Positions 15,181 through 28,109 of a stretch of DNA of 64,000 nucleotides are shown piece after piece. The notes beneath the pieces are model-generated. The model saw only the letters and a list, made by a program, of their open reading frames with translations. It was not told the origin of the DNA and did no database searches. This DNA is from Bugula neritina. Its lineage: Eukaryota > Animalia > Bryozoa. The number at the start of each line of letters is the position of its first letter. Within the stretch, counting starts at the first letter, position 1. The stretch is taken from positions 3,798,707 to 3,862,706 of the forward strand of contig OZ037767.1 in the NCBI GenBank assembly GCA_964035545.1, read 5' to 3'. Position numbers and translations under genes: made by a program.

Positions 15181-18100
15181 TTTGTGCCCAAGCCACGTGA
15201 CAGACTGCAGTACAGAGTGTCACACAGCCCCAATCATTCACCCAAACATATAACTGAATGATTGCCACCACCCGGCTGCCGATACAATGCAGCCTCGCAA
15301 CAACATGTTTATTAAAAATGAACTAGAGGAGACGTAAAAACATGACTCACAGTTAAACTGTTTCTTCGCTATTTGTTTTAGATGTTGTCAGCTGAGAAGA
15401 AAGTACCAGAAACCATGGCGTAGCTGTGATAATGTAGATCAACCAATGAATAGGAGAGAACTTCATTGAGAAGAGATTACTTCATAGGACTGTGCTTTGG
15501 ATACTCTAAAACTACTTGATCAGACTACTCCCCCCCCCCCCCTCCAACAATGAAAATAGAAAATGCTTCAATATTTTACCGAGTTATTGTTATGCAGAAA
15601 TCAGATAATAATTGACAACTTACATCACGATGAACACTCATCAACCCATGGGGTGCCACTGTAACGGTGTGAGTATGTTAGAAGACCATTTTTCCTTTGC
15701 AATACTAGATTTATCAGCATGAACTGTTAAAACCTCTTCTTACTAGGGTTACTCTGAAACTACTCAACTAAAGACACATACCCTACATCTGTTCCAACAG
15801 TATAATTGATAGCATGTGGCGATTACGAGCTGAATGATGCGCTGCTAGTTCAAAACGAACAATGATTATATAAATTATATACTCACTAACTAGTTATGAG
15901 ACCTGTTCTCTCCTCTAGAGGGATTGAGAAACTGTGAAATTTTACACTTGCAACTAAATAGTGTGTGATGTTCCAAAAATTCATATTATGGACGATTTCT
16001 ATGGTTTTCAACCTAAGCCTGGCATAATCTTTCAATCAGAATGATTGGTAATACAGTTTTGTAAGAACACAATCAATACTTTGACAAGAGCACTGAATAT
16101 AATTGTATGGATTATAATAATATACCCCAGTTCGTTCACTTTTGCTATTTTGTCATTTTCATTGCCATCATCGCCAGGGTTCATAGAGCTAGCGCTGCAT
16201 CAGTTCATTTCAACATCAAACTGAACTTGTACAAACCAACAATATTTACTTCTTATGTATGTGGCTGTTTCCAACAAATTGCAGAGTAAGCATTCACAAC
16301 CTGAGGCAATCTGAAATAACTGGACTCAACAACAAAACATAGTTAACTAATTAATGGACATGCACCAGTATTAGCAGATTTTGCTATATTGAAGAATCTT
16401 GTAAATAACAGGTTGTAAAACTTAAACTGTTGGAAGAGAGTAACATGAGCTTTTACTAGCTTACTATTGCTGAAGTCAAAGAGATGAGCTGCAAGTTGTG
16501 CGCTGGATTGAGAGGCCATTATATGAACAGAGCCACAGTACGATATGACGCAGTTTACTGAAACAAGCCGGTTGCTGCCATTACTTGGAAACCACAGTAA
16601 AACTACCTCATAGATTATTACTACTTCTTCGTGGAGCTACTGAGAAGAGAAACCAAATAGTTATGTAATAATTTTGTGCCCAAGCCATGTGACAGACTGC
16701 AGTACAGAGTGTCACACAGCCCCAATCATTCACTCAAACATATAACTGAATGATTGCCACCACCCGGCTGCCGATACAATGCAGCCTCGAAAACAATTCG
16801 TAAAAAATAAGAAACAAATAGTAAAAAGTTACGAGATAAGAAGTTGCATTGCTTGATACTTGATAGCGAATAAAATACTTGATCTTTGGGAATGAGCATC
16901 AACCACTGAAGAACTCCACAGAGATTCTGTTGCTTCACGTGATATCAGCCACCAGATAGAGGAACAACTAGTCTAAGAGGAACAATTCTTCCTAGATACC
17001 ACCACTTCTCTGGAGCTGTTGCTTTGACTACTCTAAAACCACTTGTTCGTAAATTATGCCCCCCTCCCTTTCCCCGCACAAAACAAAACTAAATTAAAAA
17101 TTATATCCGTGAATTTTCTTTATGCAACACTCATTTGTGGAAATATATGTATATGGTTTTCATATGGAATGAAAAAGAATAACTTACTTCTTAAGAAGTT
17201 GTTTTAGAGACCTAGAATGCCAGAGGCGAGTTCAAAGTTTTGAGATATTGAGACAAACTACGAGTAGTACGGACTGTTGCATACTTCTGGTGGAGTTTTG
17301 TCTGCTCGAATGGATCTGAAACTACTGAAATAAAGACTACCCCTATCTAGAAGGCCTTATTTTACCATGTTTAAAAATATAAGCGTATCAACAAGAAATA
17401 TTCTTGGGGGAAAACCAAAAAACAACCATCACAAAGTGGACTAACTATAAAATCAACTAAATCAATACAGTATAGGTGAATAATATACCCCAGAAGTTAA
17501 CCAATTTGCAACATCAGTTGGGGAGAGCACCAGGCTTTCAGATAGAACACTTGGAGAATAATACTTGTGTAGCCCATCTAATTATCTGATCGATTCTAGG
17601 GAAGTAGAGGCATATCTCTAGAGTATGTAGTAATTTTCAGCCAGTTACAGAACTTGAGTTGACAATTCGAAAATCAATCTGAAAGAACTAAACTCAACAC
17701 AAGACGAAATGCATTACGTTCGGCTGCATGCAAAATAATCATCAAATTCAACACTGTCACCACAGTAATCGAGTAAATGGCTTTATATGTTATGTTGTAT
17801 TACCTCAACCTTAAAGTTCTGTGCTTATAACGTTCACAATGCTCTTATTAAAGTTATTTTGATGTGTACTTGATTAAGATAAGGCAGTAGAATTTGGAGA
17901 TGATACAATCGATGTTCGACATAATGGCAACTTGTTTCCACAGAATACGTATTTCTTCACTGTCACTTGGAAAACGCAATAAGACTACCTCGTATGTAAC
18001 TAATCTTTCCTGCAACTATTCTGAAGAAACACCAAATAGTTATGTAGTACTTTTGTGCCCAAGCCATGTGACAGACTGCAGTACAGAGTGTCACACAGCC

Positions 18101-21100
18101 CCAATCATTCACCCAAACATATAACTGAATGATTGCCACCACCCGGCTGCCGATACAATGCAGCCTCAAAAACAATCCGCAAAAAATAAGAAACAAATAG
18201 TAAAGAGTTATGAGATAAGAAGTTGCATTGCTTGATACTTGATAGCGAATAAAATACTTGATCTTTGGGAATGAGCATCAACCACTGAAGAACTCCACAG
18301 AGATTCTGTTGCTTCATGTGATATCAGCCACCAGATAGAGGAACTACTAGTCTAAGAGGAACAATTCTTCCTAGATACCACCACTTCTCTGGAGCTTTGA
18401 CTACTCTAAAACTACTTGTTTGTAAATTATGCCCCCTCCCTTTCCCAGCACAAAACAAAACCAAATTAAAAATTATATCCGTGAATTTTCTTTATGCAAC
18501 GCTCATTTGTGAAAATATATGTATATGGTTTTCATATGGAATGAACAAGAATAACTTACTTCTTAAGAAGTTGTTTTAGAGACCTAGAATGCCAGAGGCG
18601 AGTTCAAAGTTTTGAGATATTGAGACAGACTACGAGTAGTAGGAACTGTTACATACTTCTGGTGGAGTTTTGTCTGCTCCGGTGGATCTAAAACTACTGA
18701 AATAAAGACTACCCCTATCTGGAAGACCTTACTTTACCACCAAGATTAAAAGTATAAGCCTATCAACAAGAAATATTCTTGGGGAAAACCAAAAAACAAC
18801 CATCACAAAGTGGACTAACTATAAAATCAACTCAATCAATACAGTATAGGTGAATAATATACCACAGAAGTTAACCAATTTGCAACATCAGTTGGGGAGA
18901 GCACCAGGCTTTCAGATAGAACCTTTGGAGAATACTTGTGTAGCCCATCTAATTATCTTTTCGATTTTAGGGAAGTAGAGGCATATCTCTAGAGTATGTA
19001 GTAATTTTCAGCCAGTTACAGAACTCGAGTCGACAATTCGAAAATCAATCTGAAAGAACTGAACTCAACACAAGACGAAATGCATTATGTTCGGCTGCAT
19101 GCAAAATAATCATCAAATTCAACACTGTTATCACAGTAATCGAGTAAATGGCTTTATATGTTATGTTGTATTACCTCAACCTTGAAGTTCTGCGCTTAAA
19201 ATGTTCACAATGCTCTTATTAGAATTATTTTGATGTGTACTTGATTGTCAAGATAAGGCAGTAGAATTTGGAGATGATACAATCGATGTTCGACATAATG
19301 GCAACTTGTTTCCACAGAATACGTATTTCTTCACTGTCACTTGGAAAACGCAATAAGACTACCTCGTATGTAACTAATCTTTCCTGCAACTATTCTGAAG
19401 AAACACCAAATAGTTATGTAGTAATTTTGTGCCCAAGCCATGTGACAGACTGCAGTACAGAGTGTCACACAGCCCCAATCATTCACCCAAACATATAACT
19501 GAATGATTGCCACCACCCAGCTGCCGATACAATGCAGCCTCGAAAACAATCCGTAAAAGAAAAGAAACAAATAGTAAAGAGTTATGAAATAAGAAGTTGC
19601 ATTGCTTGATACTTGATAGCGAATAAAATACTTGATTTTTGGGAACGAGCATCAACCACTGAAGAACTCCGTAGAGATTATGTTGCTTCACGCGATATCA
19701 GCCACCAGATAGAGGAAGAACTAGTCTAAGAGGAACAATTCTTCCTAGATACCACCACTTCTCTGGAGCTGTTGCTTTGACTACTCTAAAACTATTTGTT
19801 TGTAAATTATGCCCCCCTCCCCTTCCCAGCACAAAACAAAACCAAATCAAAAAATTCTACATAGATTTTCTTTGGTACAGACTTGAACTTTATGCACTTG
19901 ATTTTTCATGTAAAATGAAGAACTTACTTCATAAAAAGTTGTTTTAGAGACCTAGATTGCCAGAGGCGAGTTCTAAGTTTCTAAAGGGAAGTTTACTCTT
20001 GCTTCGAGATATTAAGATAAACTACGAGTAGTACGGACTGTTGCATACTTCTGGTGGAGTTTTGTCTGCTTGAGTTGATCTGAAACTACTGAAATAAAGA
20101 CTACCCCTATCTGGAAGACCTTACTTTACCACTATGATTAAAAGTATAAGCCTATCAACAAGAAATATTCTTGGGGAAAACTATAAAATAACCATCACAA
20201 AGTGGACTAACTATAAAATCAACTAAATCAATACAATATAGGTGAATAATATACCACAGAAGTTATCCAATTTGCAACAGCAGTTGGAGAGAGCACCAGG
20301 CTTTCAGATAGAACACTTGGAGAATAATACTTGTGTAGCCCATCCCAATATTTGATCAAATCTAGGGTAAATGCATATCTCTAGAGTTTGTAGAAATCTT
20401 CAGCTAGTTGTAAAACTTCAATTGACAATGTGAAAATCAATCTGAAAGAACTGAACTCAACACAAGACGAAATGTATGTTATGTTCAGCTGCATGCAACA
20501 CTGTTACGACAGCAATCAAATAATTAATGGTTGTAGATGTTATGTTGCATTACCTCAACCTTGAAATGTTTGTGACAAAACTTTCATGATGTTTTTATTG
20601 AAGTTATGGTGCTGTGAGCTGGACTATCAGGATAGAGCTAACAGAATTTAGAGATACAATTGACGTTGGGCGAAATAACAATTTGCTTCAGCAGAATGTT
20701 TGAAGCTTGGGTCACTTGAAAGCCGCAGTATTTCCTGTAACTATTCAGAAGAGAAACCAAATAGTTATGTAATAATTTTGTGCCCAAGCCATGTGACAGA
20801 CTGCAGTACAGAATGTCAACACAGCCCCAATCATTCACCCAAACATGTTACTGAATGATTGCCACCACCCGGCTGTTTACAGCCTCAATAACAATCTATG
20901 AGAAGAGAAACAAATAGTAAAAAGTTACGAGATAAGAAGTTGCATTGCTTGATACTTTATAGCTAATAAAATACTTGATCTTTGGGAACGAGCATCGATC
21001 AGTGAAGAACTCCACAGAGAATCTGTTGCTTCACGTGATACCAGCCACCACCAGACAGAGGAACAACTCTTTTAAGAATAACTTTTCCAGGAGGCCACAA

Positions 21101-24100
21101 TGTGACAGGATTTGCTTTGGATACTCTGAAACTACTTGATTGGAGATAATGCCCCCCCTCTTCCCCCGCACAAATTGCAAAACCAAGTGATTTCAGAATT
21201 TTATAAGTTTTATTTTACATATATTACACTTCTACCTCTGATACACTCGTAGTTTAACTGAAATACACAAAAAGAAGAACTTACTATAAGATAAGTAGTT
21301 TTGGTGGTGTAACATGACAGAATGCAGTGAGTCAAGGTTCTGGAGACACCATCTGTGCCTTGTGGATAATATGATAATCCATTGGAAAACATTTCTCTAA
21401 GCTTCTGTCAACTTGGAAAAATCTGAAACTACTCCACAAAACACACGATGTGTCTACCCCTATTTGGAACTTATGAAAAATCTTAGTATAAGCAATGGAG
21501 TAACTTATTCTTAATAGGCACACAAGAAATCAAAAGATTCAACTGGTAGAATGTGTTACCTCAATAAACTAGGTGAACGAATGTAGTTTTTATGTAGTAC
21601 TACCCCATAGTCGAAACCTGTGTGTGCAGAATTCCCATTTTCATGTTATTGAAGTTTTTGGACGAAGTCATATGTACTGGATTGCTAGTCAGCTACACTA
21701 CATCAAGAGCACTTGCATAAATTGGGATGACATTTCTCCTGTCACTAGTCGTAGCAAAGTCCCAAGACTACTTTCTCCTGTAACTATTCCAAAATGAAAC
21801 CAAATAGTTGTCATAATTTTGTGCCCAAGCCATGTGACAGACTGCAGTACAAAATGTCAACACAGCCCCAATCATTCACCCAAACATATAACTGAATGAT
21901 TGCCACCACCCGGCTGCTGGAATAAACAGCCTCTGGCCAATTGTTCGTTGAACAACTCAAGAAAAGAGCTGAGTAAAATGACTTACATTTAAATTGATTC
22001 ATCATTTGTTTTGTATGTTGTCAGCTGAGAAGAATGCATCAGAAATCATGGTGTAGCTGTGATAATGTAGATCAACCAATGAATAGGAGAGAACGTCATT
22101 GAAAAGAGATTACTTCATAGAACTGTGCTTTGGTTACTCTAAAACTACTTGACCAGAATACTCCCTCCTCATTGCACGATGGCATAAAAAAATTTTCAAC
22201 TATTTTAAGAATTGTCATGTAGTTGCTCACCAATGTGCTGCATACTCGTACATAGTTGGTAATAGAAATGCTCGCCATAAGATATTCAGTTTTCGCATAT
22301 CAAGTAGAACAGTCAACGTAACAGTGTGCTGGCATGTCTTGAAGACAGTAACAGTCGGAACTAGTCGGAACTGCTGAATACTTTCCATAAATTCTTTTTA
22401 CTAGGGTTACCCTGTAACTACTCAACTAAAGACATACCCTACATCTTTTACAACAGTATATTTGTGTGTGGCAGATTACAATGCAAGCTTAATGGTGTGC
22501 TACTATTTTGTAGTGCCCAAGGTTGTATAACTTGTATACTCACTAATTGGATGTGCAGTTGAGACCTTTCTTGAAAAGATGTGAAATCTACATGTATGTG
22601 AAGCTGAATGACGTAGACTGACCTGTGTGTTCAGAAGGCTAGACAATTCTGCTGTTTCAAACCTAAACCTGGCATTTTTAAGTCAAACTCACTAACATCT
22701 CTCGAGGAAAATAAAATGATGATTTTGAAGCGTGCAAGCAATGACAATTGTATGAACAATATACCGCGGTTTCTCCTTTCTGGAATTAGTGATTCACAAT
22801 GTCTTCATCACCAGAGCTCATAGATAGGCACCCATTTCATCCACTGAGTAGGCAACAATTAAGACGTACTTGCAATTTTCAACCAAGAGAAAGTGTGTTC
22901 ATAACTTGGGAGTCAATCTGAAAGAACTGGACTCAACAAAGCGAGGCAAAAGGTTATATGCTCAATTTCAATTGTTGGGAGCAGAATTATTAGTACTGAA
23001 TTACTTTATTAAACGAAATGACTCAACGTAGAACATGCGTTACCCATACTAGGAAGTTTCAGCTGATCGTGCTTACTGCTCTATGCCTTGAGAGGTCGCC
23101 AGTTGCTGGTCTAACACCATACACAAGAAGCCAAAATAATGCATCCAATTGGAAGATGTAGTGCGATCTAATCAGCTTTTCCTGGAACTATTCAGAAGAA
23201 ACACCGAATGGTTATGTAGTAATTTGTGCCCAAGCTGTGTGACAGACTGCAGTACAGAAAGTCAACACAGCCCCAATCATTCACCCAAACATATAACTGA
23301 ATGATTGCCACCACCCGGCTGCCGATACAATGCAGCCTCAATTTTTTTTAGCAATTTCAAGGTATAATGAAAGGAGAGCATGGAAGACTTACGTTTTGTG
23401 AGTATTCAGTTTATAGGCCATCAGTTGAGAGAGACGCATCGGAAATTATCGCATAGTTTTGGAAACATCAATTAACGAGTAGGATCGAAACGCCTCGGAA
23501 ACGAATGATGCTTTAGTTACTCCTAATTCTAAAATTACTGGACTAGCAACATACTCCTTGATAGCAGTATAACTTATGCTCGTACTCAACTTGACTTATA
23601 AATAAAATTAATATGCTGCCCGATTTGCATAAACGTGGTATGGTTTCATGCTCATGAAAACTGGTAAGACTTACACTACGTTGAACAGGTTTTAGGCCAC
23701 AGGATGCACGATGTGAGGATAAATTTTTGTAAGACGTAGACTTGTGCCTGGAGATGGTAGTCCAATGAGAACACTTCAAAAATTTCTTTCTGCTACGATT
23801 ACTCTACAACTACTCAACCAACAAACACGGCAACCTATCTCTTTACGCCACCTTACTTTGTAGTTTTGCTCTTTCATATAATACAAGTTAAATAGTGTTA
23901 ACAGTATTTCTATAAAACTATATACTCACTAATTTGTTGTGTGGGTATAAAACCCTGATCACTTCCATAGTGTCAGAAATCAGAAATTATAGATGCATGT
24001 GAAAATAGGTGGTGTATGCTGTTAGGCCACACTTTTAGATGCTGAACAATTTCTGCTGTATTGTACTTAAACCTAATAAGCTTTATAGTCCAAACATATT

Positions 24101-24714
24101 CATCGATGAAAATTTTGTAACATTCAAGTATGCAAAAATGTAGACTTGACTGAAATTAGTAGGTATATATGGATAATATGCATGTTTACTTTCCGGAAAT
24201 CTGGTAAAGGCTGCCATTATCTAGATTTGGTATGGAGTCTAACATCCTAGATCTGAATAAAAGCTGACAAACGAGGTGCACTCTCGGCAATTCTTAACCA
24301 ATCACAGGTATACTGAAAACGCGGAAGTAAATCTGAAACAATCCAATTCAACACAAAACGAGGTTATATTACGAAATACCAACAATCCTATCGTGTAAGC
24401 TGTTACCTTAGTAAAATATGTGAACGGTAGACTTTTGAAACACCTGTAACTTGTGATTCTTTATTTGGTTGGGAAGGCGCACATAAATTGGAATAAGAGA
24501 ATTTCTTTCATCACTATTGGTTGTTGAAAAGCCATCTAATACATGACTGCTTTCTCCTGCAACTAATCAGAAGAGACGAAAAATAGTTATGTAGTAATTT
24601 TGTGCCCAAGCCACGTGACAGACTGCAGTACAGAGTGTCACACAGCCCCAATCATTCACCCAAACATATAACTGAATGATTGCCACCACCCGGCTGCTGA
24701 GACAATGCAGCCTC
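15181..24714 (-). repeat. Tandem array of ~1.38-kb units, each marked by a near-invariant ~116-nt structured element (8 copies)
   Basis: Elements at 15181-15296, 16672-16788, 18051-18167, 19425-19541, 20776-20886, 21817-21933, 23223-23339 and 24598-24714. Units between ~16.8 and 20.8 kb are recent near-identical duplicates; the other units are diverged except at short motifs. Confidence 0.92.
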
Positions 24715-25195
24715 TTACACACTCTTGCTTATTTGTCTAATGCATGTAAAGGATGCCCATATTTATAAATTTATAACATATCTACACAAACTATCTGCAC
24801 ACACAGCCATATTGGCTGCCTGACAAAACACGCCAGCTTAAACAGCCAGTAGTTATAGCTGAGCCCACAAGTTCTATTAAAGTTTAGCCAAAACAATAGC
24901 AGAGCTATGAACACTTATAAACAATATAGAACTAGGTATGAATGAACAGGTGAAAAGAACTATATCAACATGGAATTAATATCCAAGTGGTGCTACAATA
25001 TGACCAATAAGCCTTAACCAATACTACAGTGAAGAAATTTCAATATCAAAGAGTAAAATAATAAGATAAACCAAACACACAATTACAGACTATATAGTAC
25101 CAGAGTGAGCATTCGTTATAAAATTCAATTACAAAGCAATGGTTAATGTACAGATGTCGAATAATAGGAGGGAAGTAGACAGCTAGTTAGAAACA

Positions 25196-28109
25196 TTCCG
25201 ATCACACTCTGAGGTAGTCTCATGGGACCGTACTAGTGCAAATAAATCAGTTACAGTCGTCAACTAACTTCAAACATACAAGCAAGAAACACCGGCTGCT
25301 GGTCTGGAAAACAGACATTACAGACATCTTTCGCTTTTTTGAGAAACGTTCTGCTGAGCATAGGTAATATGACTAAGGTTGACCAGCTGAAAATTTGAAA
25401 CAAAGTGGAAAATCCTTACCACAAAATATCAGTTGGAAGCTTCCTCTTCCCATAAATCCATGCAGTATGTGAACCCAAAGGTAAATAGAAAACAATAGAT
25501 AGCGCCACATACAATTTGGTGCCAATTCCAGAAACAAGAAATTAGTGAGGGTACTTAACTAAAGTCTATGTTAGAAGGTTGGTATGACAAAAAGGTTGGT
25601 GAATATCGTGGATAGAAACTCTTTAAAATATTAGATTAAATTGCAAACTAAAATCAAAGTTAATAAGTGACGGGAGGTGGAGATGCTGGAAGTGCAAATA
25701 TAGTTGTAAGAATAACTGCCAGTAGTGTGCTACAATCATGCTGGATAATTTCCCTTACACAGCTTACAAGACACTGCCAGGTTGAGATATAGGGAAAGCT
25801 TCAGTTAAGTAGAAAATAGCGATGGGACACAGGAACACAGCTGAGTGATCAGAATACAATTAGCAGCAAACAATATCCATTAACACAACTAGAATTAGCT
25901 GACAGAACTGGAACAGTTAGTTGACTAAAGTGTCTAAATGAAACAATAAGAATAGAGTTGCTGCAAGATAGATGGGAGCAAAACTTTCCGATCGCACATG
26001 GGTTACCCCAAGGGACCGTACTTAAACCAAGTGAGACAACTAACAGGTAGCATATTAGAATACTTAGCAAGAATATGCAGTATAAATATACCAGACTGTT
26101 ATGGTGAGCGGGAGCACAGTGTAGATGTGAAGGTTTGAAATTAGCAATTACATCATGGATGAGAGCATAGCAAATAGACAATACGCAGTGAAGTTTAACC
26201 AACTAATCGGCATAAAAGTTGAGGGCTGCATGCAAGACAAACTTAGAAAAACACACAGAATTGAAGACAAAACTTAACCGCATGAGGTAAACTTTGTGGC
26301 ATCACGTGATGAGCAAAAAATCAATGCAGATCCAATGACTAACAACTCATTGAATTTTAATACATGATTTTACTGATATGGCAAGCAGTTATACACCTCT
26401 TTAAAAAGCAGAAAGATATCAATTAATGATAATAGTTGGCAATGATGAACCATTAAGCCCTTGCACAAGTTTGATCTAGAACAAAAACAGATTAAGCTGC
26501 AGTAGTAAGCTAACCGTCTAGGCAACTAAAAGCAGTTTCAGACATTGAATCATCAGCGAATTTTTGAAACAAGTTAGCAAAAACACCCAACAAAACTGTA
26601 CTGGCACACTTCGGATTGTTGAATAATAATTAGGTACAAAAAGCATCACCCTTTATATCTAATACCTATGCATTGCAAAAGTTAATTGATGGCAAATCAT
26701 ATTATTAAACTACCTTGGGAATCAGGTGTGCTTGAATAGAAAATAGTGCGGGCCTTTCCGATCACACCAAGGGACCGTACTTGAGCCATGTAGGTGGAGA
26801 AACATTCTCTAGAACTACTTACAGCAGATATTCACCATGTACACGAGAGTAGAGGTCTATTAACAGAGCAGTATAGCAGCTGGTTATTCAGCAGAGAAAG
26901 AAAACTGCTACTTCTAAGAGAGCGTCTTGCCAGAACAGTTAACAGCAACATTTGCCAGGATTGGACAGTGGAGGAATAAAGAAGTACACGTGTAGGATCA
27001 GCGAGAGTCAACACAGCAACAGCAGGGCTGATGAATTTGATTGTGGGAGATTAGTCTACAGAATATCACCAGGAGGCACATGCAAGGCTTTCAGTTTTGG
27101 CACAGAGTTGTCCAACGGTAACAAAGCTATTTCAAGACTTGAAAATTGTGATAGGTGAAAAATGTAGCTGTAGTTTTTTTTAGCAGACTAAGAAAACTGG
27201 CTTCAAATGTCAATCATAGGTAATGCACTTACAATATGCTGTTGACAAGGCTTAGCAAGAAGGTATACATGAATTAGTACCCATCTCAAGATTGTTGGCA
27301 ATCTATCCATTTATAAGTTATTAAAAAACGTTTCACTCTGGAGAGCTGAGTGAGTAGCCCAATGCAATACGACAATCCATCATGCAGGTAAATTGAAGCT
27401 GTGCTCAACAGACAACCATTTCAACAATGAGCAAAATAATCATTAAGATCTACCACTACTTTGTCAGTTCTAAAAATATTAAATAAACAAACACATATTG
27501 AAGGTAGAAACAGTTGCAAACAGAAAGTTGGCTTTGCATTTTGAGTTATGGTGCTTGCAGCTTGTTTAGTGAAAAGGCTACCTTCCGATCACTCAAAGGG
27601 ACCGTACTAGGGTTATTCAACCGCATACCAACATAAATCAAATTGTGTTGTTTTATATCTGGCATGTTAACTTCAGCCAACTTTTAATTATATGATAGAC
27701 AGAAGAAACACAAAAAGACAAGAAAACATTTTAACTAAAGTATTAATAAAACTTCATTACAAAGAGACATACACTGCAGTAGTTATGAGCAGCAAACGGG
27801 GCTCTAATAGCAATTTAGTCCATACAGAAATAAAAAATTATAATAGCGTGACAGGAATAATTGGAACATGGGAATGGTTCGCAGTGTGGTTGGCAATGGC
27901 ACATGCAAAATAGCTTTGAAAAACTACTTGGATATTAATGATTGCATTGTAAGAAAAATACTTGACAATCAAAGGCAAAAGAGCAGCAGTAGCTACTACG
28001 GGTAGAGTGATATAAGTAGGTGTGGTTAAATACTCAAGTGAGAACCAATTCCGATCACACAAGAACCAGCAGCACCAGAGAAGAAACCACCAGTTCAAGG
28101 GACCGTACT
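25196..28109 (-). ncRNA. Five copies of a loop-E-like structured RNA motif (AGUA-CGGUC-CC[variable]-GAUCG-GAA)
   Basis: Copies at 25196-25234, 25986-26022, 26756-26781, 27583-27608 and 28049-28109. On the plus strand each reads ttccgatc...gggaccgtact, with unrelated flanks and a variable self-complementary insert. Confidence 0.65.

Noticed and set aside
15181-15296. Twister ribozyme resemblance on the plus strand (CCCAAGCC, AGAGUG, AAUGCAGCC)
   Set aside because: The loop CCC cannot form the pseudoknot with GUG, the strand order does not fit, and wobble pairs favour the minus strand.
18850-18870. GUGGUAUAUUA on the minus strand, identical to hairpin-ribozyme loop B
   Set aside because: No AGAAACA partner strand or loop A is present, and other copies vary. 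A GTATAT donor explains it better.
16726-19691. Repeated 70-77 aa ORFs across the array
   Set aside because: They recur only because the DNA was recently duplicated; indels break them in diverged copies.
15500-22150. Recurrent GTTTTAGAG resembling a type II CRISPR repeat
   Set aside because: Eukaryotic locus, kb-scale spacing, no repeat-spacer structure and no cas genes.
24590-24714. H/ACA snoRNA (terminal ACA) or Sm-class snRNA (plus-strand AAUUUUGUG) reading of the 116-nt element
   Set aside because: No ANANNA H box or pseudouridylation pocket at the right distance. The Sm-like site is on the disfavoured strand and is mutated in the 18051 copy. An Rfam search is still needed.
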